Source: Antedon mediterranea (lineage: Eukaryota > Animalia > Echinodermata). From it: a DNA stretch of 64,000 nt. Shown here piece after piece: positions 47,301 through 62,300 of this stretch. Position 1 is the first letter of the stretch. Each line of letters begins with the position of its first letter. The position numbers and the translations under genes were made by a program. Location: assembly GCF_964355755.1 (NCBI RefSeq), contig NC_092679.1, forward strand, positions 6,416,201 through 6,480,200. Reading direction: 5' to 3'. The notes beneath the pieces are model-generated. The model had not been told where the DNA came from. It saw only the letters and a program-made list of their open reading frames with translations, and did not search any database.

Positions 47301-50300
47301 ATTTACTTTTGTTTCTCATTGTATTTATTTTGTGGTTTTCAGGACCATACTGATCTCTATTGTTATGCTAAAAACAAATTAAAACCAAATACACCACCGG
47401 ACCGTGGTAAAAGTGAGAAAAGGCGTGTTTTTCCTTTTGTGTTGTCGTCCACATCCTTACACATGTTTTAACTGAACTGGGTTATAGGCTGTATATTGAT
47501 GACTGCATTTGGGTTTTTTTGTTGCATATTTCAATAACAGATTCACATTATATTAAATATTTTAATGTTTCTTAATTCTGCAACAAAATTAAATTATACT
47601 TCAATACAAGATGATTTATTAGTTGATAAATTTTTATTTAGGAAATTGAAGAAGATCGATTAAGAGCAGCAGGAAGAGAAGGAGACATTAAACCACCGAA
47701 TAACCCAGATACTGATTCTAAAGCAATGTCGGCCAGTCCAACTTTTCAACAGGTATTTTAAATACTTTATATGATGCAGTATAATCCCACGGTTGAGAAA
47801 AATCCAACTCTCTAATTTTTTTTTTACAGAAAATGGCCAAAATATTGAATTTTAAAATATACATTGATTTAACATGCGCAGAACAAATTATTTGCGTCTT
47901 CGCATGCCGAATAATGGTAGTATCTACCTATGTCAAAAAATAAAAGGGTAAAAATGAGCACATTTTTTGAAAAAATACCTCTACATGGAATATATACAGG
48001 AAAAATCCCTATACATCCCTTTTATTTTTGACATAAATGGTTACTATAGCATAATAAACATGCGCAGAGTCGAATAATGGGTTCTGCGCATGTCATATGC
48101 TTTTCGAAAAATAGCCAATTTAGACGCTCCATTTCTTCCTGTAATGTGATATGAACCATGACCTAGAAATGGGTAGGCAAGCAATAACCCTCTACCATCA
48201 TACATGGAGTACATTATTATGCAAATGCTGCACTACATGATTTTTACAGATTCCATATCCGCCGCAGGAGCGTACATCTCCTCATAGTGCTCGTTCTCAA
48301 CCACCGCAAAATAGCAGCCGTTCTCCCCAAGATACTAGATCTCCCCCTGGGGCGCAACAACAGAGTGAGAAGTACATATGTATACAACTACGCAACGAAG
48401 GTAGTGGTCTCGGGTTTGGACTAGTTGGAAAGAAAGGAATCGGCGTAGTTGTTAAAACTATTGTTCCTGGTGGAGCTGCTGCTAAGGTAAGTGACTGTCT
48501 AAGTGACTTTATACAAATAATGCACAAATCACAGTGCGTTAGTGGAGATGCGGCCCACTTGAGGGAATTTACAATGGTGCAACATGAACGACATTGTGAA
48601 TACCCAAGAGTGCGCCGTATCTCCACTAACGCACAAACACGAAAGCCTACCAAAACAGTTGTGTACCAGATATGACAAGATATACATTTTTTATTTAATG
48701 GAGCCGCGGTGCAGACTAACGGTTCATAAATCTTGCATCCAGCATCTAGAGTAATCGGTAATCTGCCATTCGATTTACGCATGCTTTTTTGCTGCGCATT
48801 TTTTGCACTCCAGTGCATGATAGTGACAAAATAAAGAGTGCACACATGCCTCATTTCGACACTTCTGCTTGGCTACATCCTTGAACCCATTTTATAATTT
48901 GGTATATAACATTTTACATTTCATAAGTTGCACAATCAAAGTTTATAACAGTTTTGCAAACCTTTAAAATATATCATTTGATAAAATAAACATATAATAA
49001 ATTATTAATTTTAAAAATATTCAAAGTTCTGTAACCTGAAAAAAGTGTTTGCTGCCATCACTTGGTGAACATCTACTGATAAATAGAATTTGAATCGTAC
49101 ATCGATCTTAAAGTTGTATTTAAAATTTATAAACTTTAATATTATTAGTATCTGTACTTAAATATTTTTATTAAATACAACTTGAAATATTTAGAAAAAA
49201 AATAAATAAAAAAATGTTGTTGAGTTACTTGCCAATTACAGGATATTTATTTAATAATTTATTGTCTCATTTGAGGCTTAGGGAGTGGAGTTGAAAGAGT
49301 CGTGAGTTACAACCCTGACACTAGTTCAGGATTGAACCCCTGACCTGGGAATTTGAAGGCAAGCCTGTTAACCACCAAGCTACAACTCCAATATGTGTTG
49401 TTGTAGTGTACACTACTACATTTAAAAAGTAATATTTAACAATGGGAAATGTATTTAAATTTTGTAAACTTTCAAACACAGGATGGTCGCCTTCAACCTG
49501 GAGACATGATGGTATACATAAATGACACATGTGTGAGAGGTTTCACAAGAGACCAGATTGTTGATCTACTTATAAACTTACAAAAACAAAGCAAAGAGCT
49601 TACATTAAAAGTTACACGGGTAAGTCACGACACTTTACATATGGTACCCATTTAAATAAACGCATTTATGTCTCACTTATGCTTGGTTCCCACTAGCGAC
49701 GCAACACAAGGACGTAACGCAACGCAAGTGAATTGACCAATCACAAGCGATGGCTTATTCGCTTGTGATTGCTAACTGTCTATAACTTTTTTTTTTTAGA
49801 ACATTTTTGTTGAATAATCAAACTTTATGTGACAACAAAAATTGTATGGACATGATGAAGCCATATCACAACTATATTTGGGCATATCATTACCATATTT
49901 GGGCACATCACAGTTTTGTTGTCAAACTAGTTTGATAGTGTAGACAGAGCTTTATAAAAGGCGATACCTGACGATAATACATTCCTATGTTTAAAAATAA
50001 AGCATTTATCATTATTGCTGTATACAGTAGATGGTATGATTTATCTTGTGGTCAGAACAGCTGTACTAATTCTTAGGGTTTAGAATTCTTGTGTTATGAT
50101 CACCTTGGTTGGATCAATCTTTGTACTTAGTTGAGAAATACTTAAATGTATGTCTTCTTCAATCCTGATTTATGAAAAGAAAGAAAATATGTAAACATTT
50201 TTGCTTAGGTTATTGTTTTACTGACTTTCACTGTATAAACAAATTTCGTTGAACTGCGCATACCTGATTTTACCAGGTAATGGAAAAACAATGGTTTAAC

Positions 50301-53300
50301 CGTATTAGCCAATATAGTACCCTCTATATTTTTCAATAAACTTGAAGAAATTTGTAATTCGTTAAAACTATTTTGTTTTAAATTACAGTTTTTCAGGTAA
50401 ATAATTTGTTTTTTTTATCCAATTTTTGGTAAAAGTGAATAACTATTATGTGACATTAAAATGGCATATTCAACAAATAAAAATGTTTTTTAGTTATTTT
50501 TTCAGGGTACAATATATCTTTAAGCAAAGTCATTGACATTTTGAAATAAAGTAGATTTTTTTTTTCAATGCATGTCCAATCTAACTGCAGGTGTTTATAA
50601 ATTAATGAATTATTATACAGGTATTTAGTTTTTCATTTATATTTTTATTTGCACAGGGTCCGCAACAACAATCAATAGGAAATCTCACAAGTCCGCCAAG
50701 TTCAGCACTCAGACTTCACAATGCTGGACGAAATGCATATGGCCCAACCACCGATAGGAAAATGGTAAGTACTTCTAACTATGAATATATTCTCTATTAA
50801 AGAGTATTAAGCTCTGTCTACACTATCAAACTAGTTTGACAAGAAAGTGTGATATGCACAAATATGGTAGTGATATCCCCAAATATAGTAGTGATATGAT
50901 ATCATCGTGTCCATATATGGGCACATCACATTTTTTTGTCACATAAAGTTTGATAGTAGACAGACCTTTAGTCTGTTAAAAATAATCCTTTGACTGAAAC
51001 AATGTTTTCTGAAAATTTCAGAATGAATTATTATTAAGTATCTCTGACAAATTTCAAGAGAGCTGGTGGCAGTTATTAATATGATTTATATTACTTTTTT
51101 TGTGTGTTTTTTCATACTCATCCAACAGCGAGCAACTCCCCAATGACTTTTTTTTCCACTCATTACCATAAATTGATTTTTTTGTCAAACATGTCCACAG
51201 ACCACCGACATGCAGCACTTACTTACAATGTATATTGATTTTGTTGTTATGGTAAACAACAAAAATATCATTTTTGTTATAATTGTTGGTAGCATTCACA
51301 TCTTCATTTTATATAATTTATGCTTTTTAATATCCGATCCCAACCAAGAAGAAGTAGGTTTAATATCAGGCTCACATTCAACTACATCATTTTCCATTCA
51401 TCAAGGCAGGAAATAATATTTCACATAGAAATACTATTCAGGGGTAATACAGTGAAATTGTTACATACATTAAGAAAAGTGAGTGTTATCATATACAGTA
51501 CTATCTGATGTTTTTCACAGAGCAAGGCTAGCAGCTTTAAAAATTCATGCCGAGCCACGAAAAGAAAAGTTGCTAATGCTGTACAAGCAAGCTCTTTAAT
51601 TGGAGCTTGACAGGCAGGGGTGAAAGACCCTTTTATCAGAGGTCGTAAAGGGATTATTCTTTTATAAACACACCTTCCTTGCCATTTGATAGATTAATTT
51701 CAAATGTCGCATACTATACATTGTTTTCTCCCATTATAACGATTAGAGATATTATTTGATATTGGTTAATAGTGTGCGCCATCTACAACTGCTGTAATCC
51801 ACTGTCTGTTAAAATATGAGAGCTGCTTTTTTGAATGGCCAGCCTTTGATATTGATAGAAGCAACAGACTATAGTTAGATAAAGTTTATATTACAACAGT
51901 AGGTGTGTTATAAAACAAATAATGAATGAATTTTGCATTCTATTTAATTTGGCACTCTCATGTTTTTGTAATGTTTCTCTTGATGATCAGGAGTTTACGG
52001 TTGTTAATGACCTTTACATAAAAGAGGACAGGTTTTCAAGACGCAGGGTATCTGAAGATGTTAGTGGAAAGGTAGCGTAGAAAAAAAAGCATAAACACTA
52101 AATAAATATATATTTCCTATAGTTTAATTACTGTATATACAGTACTGTACACTATTAAGAGAAAATTCTATATACTAATAGGTGGTAAGGTGAACTTATT
52201 TAAAGATGTATTGTCCCCAAAAAACATGAAAAATGAAGATTAATGAAATCAGACTTTGAATATGTTATTTTGTAGTTTTATTAAACTTTCGTAGAAAAAA
52301 ATACGGAAACAAATAATGTTTTCACTTAACAAATGACAAAATAAATTGTTAAACCCAACCAAAAACCCATGGGCTGGCAGCCAATTTGACTATTTTTTTG
52401 CTTTAAATTCCAGTTTTTTAGGTAAATACATTTTTTTAAAATCCAATTTTTTGTCAAAGTGGATAGTTTTATTAGGTGACATTAAAATGGCATATTTCAA
52501 AATATTTTACAAATTATTTTTTCAAGGGGACAATACATCTTTGATTATTTTGGGTATTACTGCAAATAGTTATATTTAAAGCTTTGTTATATACAGTCCT
52601 CTTAAATAACGAAATAATAATGGATCACGTTTACTTAACATTTTACACCTCATAAGATTGAGTGCTGACTTTAATGGATCTGTTCCCTGGAGATACTAAT
52701 TGTTCTAACTTATTATTACTCTTATTAATAAATATTATTGTGGATTGAAATTTAGAATAGTTACCAAACAAATATCATACCCAATATCTTCAATTATGAT
52801 GTTTTTACTCTTTTTGTTCTGTTGTTTTAATTTTAACGTACAAAAGGATATCATAGTAACTTTAGAAAACTCTGAAAGTGGTCACATGACCCGTGTTACT
52901 GAAATTAAAGAACATAAGGTAGGGTTTTAATTCCATATATGGTGTATATGCATTTTTGTGATTTACACTAAATTGACTAATTTTTTTAATTTTTCAAATA
53001 AGTGGTAGTAAAATAAAAATAAAAATAACACTCTTATTAGGCGACACTTTCTTGCAACATGAATACAGTATATATTTTTGTTTAAATGGCCACATAAGGG
53101 ACATTTTTTCACCCAAAATGTGTTCCTTAATAGTGGTACATGGATACCATGCCTGATGTTTAAATCAACATTTAAAATACAGTATATAGCCTTTTTGTTT
53201 TTTCCATAAACCTTTCTGCTGTTGAATTTTAGGCCTAATACTTTAGTTTATTGTGTGCCTCCCTTATTGTCGGCATTGCTTAATAATGATATCAAATTTT

Positions 53301-56300
53301 AAAATTAGTTTGTGCATGCATTGTACAGTATTTAAACCTTAGTTTCTCATTATTTATTCATTATTTACATATTCTGAACAAGCTGGGCAAATCTGAAACT
53401 GTGATACATACTTCTGTTTAATGAATATCAAACAGTGAGAGCATGTTGTGGCTTCAATTGTTACATTTATCAAAATCCCCCCCCCCCCCCCTAAAATATG
53501 TTATACTGTCAAAACTTAACATAGTTGATTGCTATGGCGATCAGCTATACTTATTCATCTACAGTACACTCATTTATATATTGTGATGTTTTAAAGATAG
53601 TGTGTTTATACTGTATATTAATTACTAGATTTTATTATTATTATGCCAGTAACATTCAAATTCATTGTAGACATTTTTTGTGTGTGAACGCAACCTTATT
53701 AGATACTTACTGTAGTTTGTTCAACTAATATTTGGGTTTCATTTTTATATCATAGATAAATTTATTGTGTATCTTTGTAATGCAGATGGAAAATTATTTT
53801 TGATTATTAATTGAAGATGTTTTCTGCTTGTCAACTGGTACCAGAAAAACTTTTGGCAGTGTAAACTAGCCATACATTGTCATGTTAATTACTACTAATA
53901 ATACAGTTAAACTTAAATGTACCTTGAAGAATAATTTTAAATATTGATTAATTAAATTCACAATTTAGAACAGATTTTTTACTTATTAATTCAAGATATT
54001 GTTAATACATTTTTGTTCCACAAATCCTTTCTTCAAACTCGCTCTTTGACCTACTATTTCAGACTCTGAATGTGGAGGTGGATTTTGAGGGTGTGCAGCA
54101 AAGGCTAACGGGCCATCATCGTGGGCCAGTTGACCAACGAGTCCCTGGTAACCCAGCTCAAAATCCTCGGGTAAACGGTTGGAGTTACAACAGCGTTCTA
54201 AGTTATTATCAAAATGTATACAATACCTGCTTTTTAGCCTCTGCATTCAGAATATACTGTAGATCATTAGTTTAATAACCGCATCTTCTTCTTTTTGTTT
54301 CTTTATTTTTCATATTATTACCAAAAATAGCAGTGCATTGTTTTGATTGGTGTATTTAATACTGAAATTGCATGTTGCATTTTGAGGTTACAGTAAAAGT
54401 AATATGTTATTTATGGACAACTTTAAAAACTAACAAGTCGATCGATAAATAAAATGTGTTTCTGTGCATCTTAATTGCATATTATGAGAGTTTGTATAAA
54501 TCTGGTATTAAAATCCTGGAACTCTGCTCTTGTTTGAGTTTAAGCCCATCTGTACTGGAATTAAGCCCATCTATTCCATCTCACCGACGTTCCTCTGAAA
54601 AATTAATTGCCGTCTGTTCCATGTTTCTGAACTAAGACTTACTGAGACAAACTTATTGTTTCCTTCCTTCCTGTCTTTGGAACTAACTTCCACTTTTCTA
54701 AAAAATATTCACCCACAAATTAATTTTGGCGGAATATTAATGTTTTATTATTATTATAATTATCTCCAAATACGTAATTTTATGCAAAATTGTTTATGTC
54801 TGATTATACCAAGATGGATGTTGTTTACTTCCCTCAAACAAATTAGTTTACCTCCATTATAAAAATCCTGCTGATGCCTATCAAAGTACTGTAGATGATA
54901 GACTATGCATTTTTCCTTATTCTGAATTCTTCATCCTCTCCAAAAGTTGTCCCTGTCAATGATGTTATGGATTTGATTGACAAGATTGTGATGTTTGTTG
55001 TTGTTTGGAATGAATGTGCAACTTTATCTTTATTTCCTATGGAATAATGCACTGCTGTTTATTGTATAAAGCTCTGTCTACACCATCAAAACAGTGTGAT
55101 GTGCCCAAATATGGTAGTGATGTGCCCAAATATGGCAGTAATATGACATCATCATGTCCATATAAGGGCACATCACATTTTGTTGTCACATAAAGTTTAA
55201 TAGTGTAGACAGAGCTTTATTATAGACTCAAACATAACATCATGATACCATGTGTCTCCTCTTGTCTACGTACCTCTCAAAACGTGGTCATTATTCCATT
55301 TAATTGATTTCATAAATAATTATACGTTAATCTTAAAACGTTTAATGCGCAAAGCCTCTAAGCATTTCATATTATTATCCCAGTAATGTTTTATACCGAA
55401 CACATCTGGAAACATACTACCATAATGTTGCAGAAGTAAACAGCGCAGTTGTGTTTGGACCTATACCAGGTGCCCATTTGTACACCTGGGTGGAGAGAGG
55501 CAAATGTCGGTGTCTTTCCAATGCGACAAACTTTAGATTCAAATTCTCACGATCAGTAGTCCAATGTCCGACACACATTTAAATTTCATGATTACTGTAG
55601 TTTCAAATCAGATATACTGACAAAAAAAAACGCTGAAATGATAATATTATGAGCATTGTAATTATATTACAATTTACATACATCAGTTCATATGCTGTAA
55701 TTAAAATTTGGTTTGAAGTTAAAATTGTTGGCCGCATTTTTAACAAGAGGTAAGAGATTCACTGGTATCATTATGTCATGTTTAGAACTCTATAACCTTA
55801 ATATATATACATGCATATGCATTAGTTAACATAATCATTTTTTTCAGTTAATTTTTATTTGAAAAACTAACAGTATTTGGTTGCAGGCTGAGTGGATGCA
55901 TCGCATGCCATCAGAATAATTCAGAATATTAAATTCATCCTCACTCTTTTTAATAATTTATTATCTATATACCTAATTAAATTCTAACAGCATATTTTTA
56001 TTTCAGGCCCTATATATTATATTTCATTACATATATTAAGCATTATTATGTTTTTGATCTGAACATTTGTTTTTATTATAATATACACATTTTTTGATAT
56101 AATATTATTATTATTAGTTTTTTTTTACTGCTGTATATAAAAATACTAAACAAAAAAAATGGTGGTGGAGGTAAACAAACTAAGTATTGTATAACAAAGG
56201 GACATAATGAACATTTTTTTGAAATAAATACTTTATTTCATACTAATTTTGGTGATATTTAATTAAAATATTAAATATTATAAATTTAAAATATTATAAA

Positions 56301-59300
56301 GCCTAATAACATTGTTTATGTATATTAATTTACTTTTATCATTTAACCTAAGCTAATGTACAAATTATGTACTAAGTTTTACTTTAAATGTGAATGTCCT
56401 CTAGTTTACAGTAGTACATGAAAAACAAGTTTATAAATATTTTACACCTGTATGCAATGTATTTATACACCTGTATGCAATGTGTCAATTATGCAAATTA
56501 GCTACTAAGTCATTGCACACAATATAATACTATAGATATTAAAATCTCAAAATAGATGTTATGTTTGTTATAAATCTATTACCATATCTATTATAAATAT
56601 TTCAAACATTTATTATATTTAATATATTACAATATTTTTTTATTTATTTTTTTTTTTATTTTGGTAATTAGAATCCATAACAAAAACAAAATAATCTAAT
56701 CTAACGAATCTAATTAATAAATTTATTTCTATTGTGGTTGTATTATTAATAAAAATAATCTTACTATTATAATAATAATGAATAGATAAAAATAAAAAGA
56801 TCTAAATATGAAATATATATGAATAAAAGGTTCAATTTAAATTCATATATATGAATAAAAGGTTCAATTTCAATTCATGGCGACAATACTGTAATTAAAA
56901 TTTTTCACTTTATAAATAAATGTTCAACTTTCAAAACACACGATAGCATGAAATACAAAGATTAACCAAACAATGACATGTTTGCATTACACCAATATAA
57001 GCTAATTATTCTATCACCGTGATGTTTATATTGAAGATCCACTTTAAAAAAAAAAATTAAGTTTTTACAGAAAACACATTCTCAAGGTTCCAATTTAAGC
57101 TTAAATATAGCTGTAGAATTTAATAAAAAATGAAAATTGTTGTTAAAGAAAAATATTAAAATATACAATAATTGATAATGTTTTATGTTAAAGTTTCACC
57201 TTTTCTTTGAATTCTGACTTTAGGAAGAATGGTCAGAGAAAAGAAGACAGAATATAGACCGTGTAGAAGCAGAGATTCTAGCAATGAGAGAACAGTATGA
57301 AAACCAGGTACAACACATGTGGAGCTTTAAATGGCATATTACGGCCTCAATGACACTGGCATTTCATAGCCAATCAGCTAATTATGATAATATAATTTGT
57401 TCATCTTTTACTTTTACATAAACTGATATTGTATTGAATTTTAGTCCTTAGTAAAGGTCAATTATTATAACCAATCCATTTTTTAATTTATGTATGTAAG
57501 TTTGGATAAAGAACATTTCACATTTTCACAGAAACAACAAGGTGCTGTTACGTCGCCCCCGCCCCATTACAGTCGCACCAATTTCTTGGATGATCCGTCA
57601 AGAGACGAGGACGATCTTTCTAAAAGAAGTCCTAAACAACACGACAGTTCACAAAAACAGTACGGGAGTAGACGAACCCAGCATAGCTATGGAGGCACTG
57701 ACTTTGAAGACGCTGCGACGCTAGTGGCTAGGCAGAAAGCACACCAAAGGCAACAGGTTTGTTGATTATTTCTTTACTCGGTTTATTGATTGTCTTTATG
57801 TGTTCAAATAATACCTGACTTGCACATAAAAAAATCATGTGGAACAAAAATTTAACATATTCAATTAGGTATAAATGCCCCTTCTCCCAAATTATGAACA
57901 TATCTTAAATGTACAGTATTGTCCCCCTGAAAAAATAATTCTTAACAATTATTTTTTTTACATGCCATTTTAATGTCACCTAATAGTTATCCACTTTTAT
58001 CAAAAATTGAATGGGAAAAAAAATGTATTTACCTAAAAAACTGTAATTTAAAGCAAAAAAATTGGCTGCCAGCCAATGGGTTTTTGGTAGAATTTAACCA
58101 TTTATTTTGTCATTTTATAAGTGAAAACATTAATTTTTCCTTTTCTTTTCTATGGCAGTAATTAAATTTATTAAAACTACAAAATAATATATTCAAAGTT
58201 TTATTAATCTTTATTTTTCATGTTTTTGGGGGACAATACATCTTATGTATAATTCCATAGTAGTTGCGTTGAGTAAGGGTTGATGTACCTTTTAAATGAA
58301 TGTGTGTTATCATGTACTTACTAATGTGATAACCTTTGACGTACTTGTCTGACAACTGTTTCATAATGAAGCTTTTAACATTGTTTGTATGTCATGTGCT
58401 TGGGAACCTTGATAAACTTTTGAAGTTTGAGGTAGTGGTATACATCCAATTTAGTTTGGCAATTTGACAACATTTTAGTGGAACTTGCATCCAGTGAAGA
58501 CCATTCTGTTCACACGCACATAGCACATTTAATCTTTTTTTTTAGTGTAGGCTTGTGTTAATAGTCTTAATCTTAATCTTAAGTCCTAGAGAGAACATTA
58601 AACATTCATCTTTTTCCCATTTGAATCTACATTAACAATCTTAATAACCCACTTTAACATTTTCCTACTTTCTTTCACGGAAACTATCCCATACCCCTCT
58701 GTTTTGTTGTTGTTAATAGCTTCCTTCCTTCTAAAACTAAAAAATTATTGGTGACCCGTGTGATTGTCAAAGATCATCATCTTTTTTTTTTCGTTTTCTG
58801 TAATTTTTGTGTCTCGCATATCTCTAAAACATAACATAAAACACTTTTACATTTCTTAAGCTCTGTCTACACTATCAAACTAGTTTGACAAAAGTGTTAT
58901 GTGCCCAAATATGGTAGTGATATGACATCATCATGTCTATATATGGGTGCATCACATTTTGTTGTCAGTTTAAAAGTGTATACAGAGCTTTAGATTATTG
59001 TAGTCATTTAATCTAAACCGCACTATTAAATTAATAATCTTGTAATAATTAAATTGAAATTATTATTTTTTAGGCACAAAATAGTACAGAAATAAGCATG
59101 ACAGGAAAAGAAAGGAAGAGATATGAAAACTGGAAAAAAGAAAGGGACGAAATCGACGAGCAGCGTATGGCACGCCACAAGAGTTCATCAGGTGAATGGA
59201 AAAGAGAATGGGACAAAGCAAAGACTGGAAATTGGTTAGTGTATTTACTTCATGTAACACCCTTTTCACACTACATTAAAATGAGCCTACTACTGTAAGA

Positions 59301-62300
59301 TTTCACAGATGACTGTTAAATATCAGATTTTTCAAAACAATATGTAACTATATAAATCTGGTGTACAAGTTCTTGCTTTTTCAAAATTAGTGGCAGTGTG
59401 AAAGGGGTGTTATTATAATTTTAAAATTCAGTCACAGGAATTAGAGCCTATTCACACTTCCAAGTGAAATTGGCTTATTCTGTGAACCATTAATACTTAT
59501 CTTGTGCAATTCTTTTTTTAAATCAGAATATTAACAGAACATACATTTTTTTACAATGTTATTTTTTAAAATTAATAGTCAAAACGATCGGAAAGCAAAA
59601 CCCACAAAAGGTAAAATGTTGTACTTGTTTTTTTTCACAAGCTTGCTTATTGCTCTGCAGCTCACATAGAATTACCTACCAGCATATTCTAACAGCTAGT
59701 GTTACGGTTTGTTCTCTTAAATGTATCTGTAACATAGAAATTCATATGGAAAAATACCACCAGATAAAAACCCTATTATGAAATGGATTGTTCCATATTT
59801 TTGCGATTTAAAAAAGAAAAACATCCATGACAATGAGGTAAATTTGTATATCTTATTCATTTGACGACCTTTAACTGTATTAATATCAAAACGAAGAGAC
59901 TAACTTTTTCTCACATGAATATTAAATTCCTGGGTGAGGCTTGATAAGCTAATTGTAAGTGGAGACTTCATAATCAGTTTTAAACACCATCTGCAAGAGT
60001 GGTCTGAACTCATTTAACTCCAGGTAGCCTTTTTACATTTCTCTGATAAGAATTGTGAAAGCGTAATGTCACAGAAAAATATCTATATTGTCTTGTCTTG
60101 TATGCCAAACAAATCGTAACACTATTGCTGTTTATATTGCGCACAATATGCTGACTGCCATGTAAAACATACTCTTGCATACTTATTTATTTTTGCATTC
60201 CAAATTATAATTTTGTGCTGTGCTGTGCTTGTATTGTATTGTTTTTGTACATTTATTTATTATTGTGAATTACAGTTGTAAAGTGGTGGTGGTAGTTTAA
60301 TTTGAAATCTTAAAAATAATCCTTAGAAAAGGATCAACACTTAATGCCCTGTTGACAAATTTTGGTTTGCACTGTTCCTTATTCAATGTGTGCCGTTTAA
60401 TGCCACGTATTGTCATGCATATATTACAAATTGTACACGCTATGTGTGAACACTACGACCCGCATTGTTATGTACACTAGTTCATGTTGTATGCGTTGGA
60501 AACCTATAAGCATATTATTTAGCATAAAGTATGCACATTCATTGTGTGCAAAATATACCGTGAACTAGTCATGAATTACATGCAATTTGCCCCACGCTAG
60601 CACGTACTTGCAGCGTCCACGCATATTATCCACAAATTTGAAATTCAGGCACAATTTTCAACAGGTTTAATTTTTGCATACATTGTCCTTCACCTCCCGC
60701 AACTTTCTACAAGTTGCCATGCATTATTTTTGCATTGCCACTCATTTAATGATAGTAGTAGTAGTAGTGCAGGACCAAAATTTGTCAACAAGGCTTAAAG
60801 GCCAATTTACACAGACGAAGACGTTATTGGGCAACTTAGTCCCTCTAAAACCAGGCCTGTCATAGGCTACTGCTCTAGGCCTAATGACAGTCAGTCATAA
60901 TGTCTAGTCCAGGACATCAGTGCCTGCGCATGCACTAGCCTCGAGGCCTACAAGCCATACTTTCCGACCACACCTCTCGCGAATTCTGCGCGCTGTGTAA
61001 ATGGGACAAGCCACATGGTTTTCCTCTTACCATTACCGCTTACCACTCGTCTGTGTAAATTGGCTTTAACTCGGTACATTATGTACTGACCATAGTATAC
61101 ATTCAACTCTCTCAATATTGCCTGATAAAATTGCAAACTCTTAAGAAAATGTTGATATGGGAAACCAAACATGTTGGGCTAGCCCAAAGGTGTCTGGAAA
61201 AGTTAGTAATAGTATTAGTAGTATTTGGTTGTTTTGTATTACTTGTGGTGGTGGTTATTAGCAATAGTAGAGTGTGGGTAGTGTTTAGTATCTATATATA
61301 AATTATGGTTAATTCTGACATAGGCGAGCACAATGCAAAAACTTTGGTACAAATCTCCGCCTTGGATACCTACCTTATCTATCTGAGATGTACCGCGAAA
61401 CGTAGATTTGATAACATTAGTGTTCACATCGACGCTATTGTTCCATATTTCTATCTTAGGAAGATATTATAAAGAGTTTTTTAACAAAATTTATGATTTC
61501 AACATTAGATTTTCATCTCAATTTCAATTCTTCCCGGTCAAAGTAATTTCCGGGTTTAAGATAAGTTCACCTTGCAACAACCTGGTTTCAAATATTTTCT
61601 ATCTTTTATACACAAGGGAGCAGTTAAAATAATAGATTTGACCCTAAAGGTGACTGGAAACAGGCACTTTCCATCAATCAATACAGTGTCCCTTTGGAAG
61701 ACGAAAAAAAAAATCGGATAGTAGGACTGGAGCTTAAGGGTATGTTCAGACTCACGGAGTTACGGTGGAGTTATGTAAACGGCGTACATATTTTTGTGTC
61801 TGAACCATGCCGCGGATTAGCGTTAGGAAGCTGTTACTCCGCGCCAGTGGCGTTAATAACTCTAGCGGGAGAGGGTAGATTTCATAACGCTAATCCAGTG
61901 ATGCATCAGTGATTTTAACCTTAACCAATGAAAATACACGACCACGATTAGCAGACAGCAGCTACATACCCGTACCCTATGATACGACAGCTAAATAGCT
62001 ATGTCAAATGTATTTTCAGGTTCAGATTTTAAAGAACAGTAAAGTTGGCGTCAGTAATATGATATTTTCATATATTAAATCAATTAATCAGATAATTGTC
62101 CATGTAACAATTACGTTTTAAATTATTTTGAATTAAAATGAAATTCTACAAGTAGTAAGAACAAATCAGTATATTTGAAGGTAAACATTATATAAATAAA
62201 AATGAAAAAAACAATGTAAACTTTCATGCATTGTCATGAATGTATACATATAGTTCTATCTGCTTCGACCTGATCAGAGTGTTTTAAACGCAAGGCATTG

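Noticed and set aside
48297-48854. 185-aa Cys-rich minus-strand ORF
   Set aside because: Antisense to the PDZ exon plus an intronic palindromic repeat, with no domain signature.
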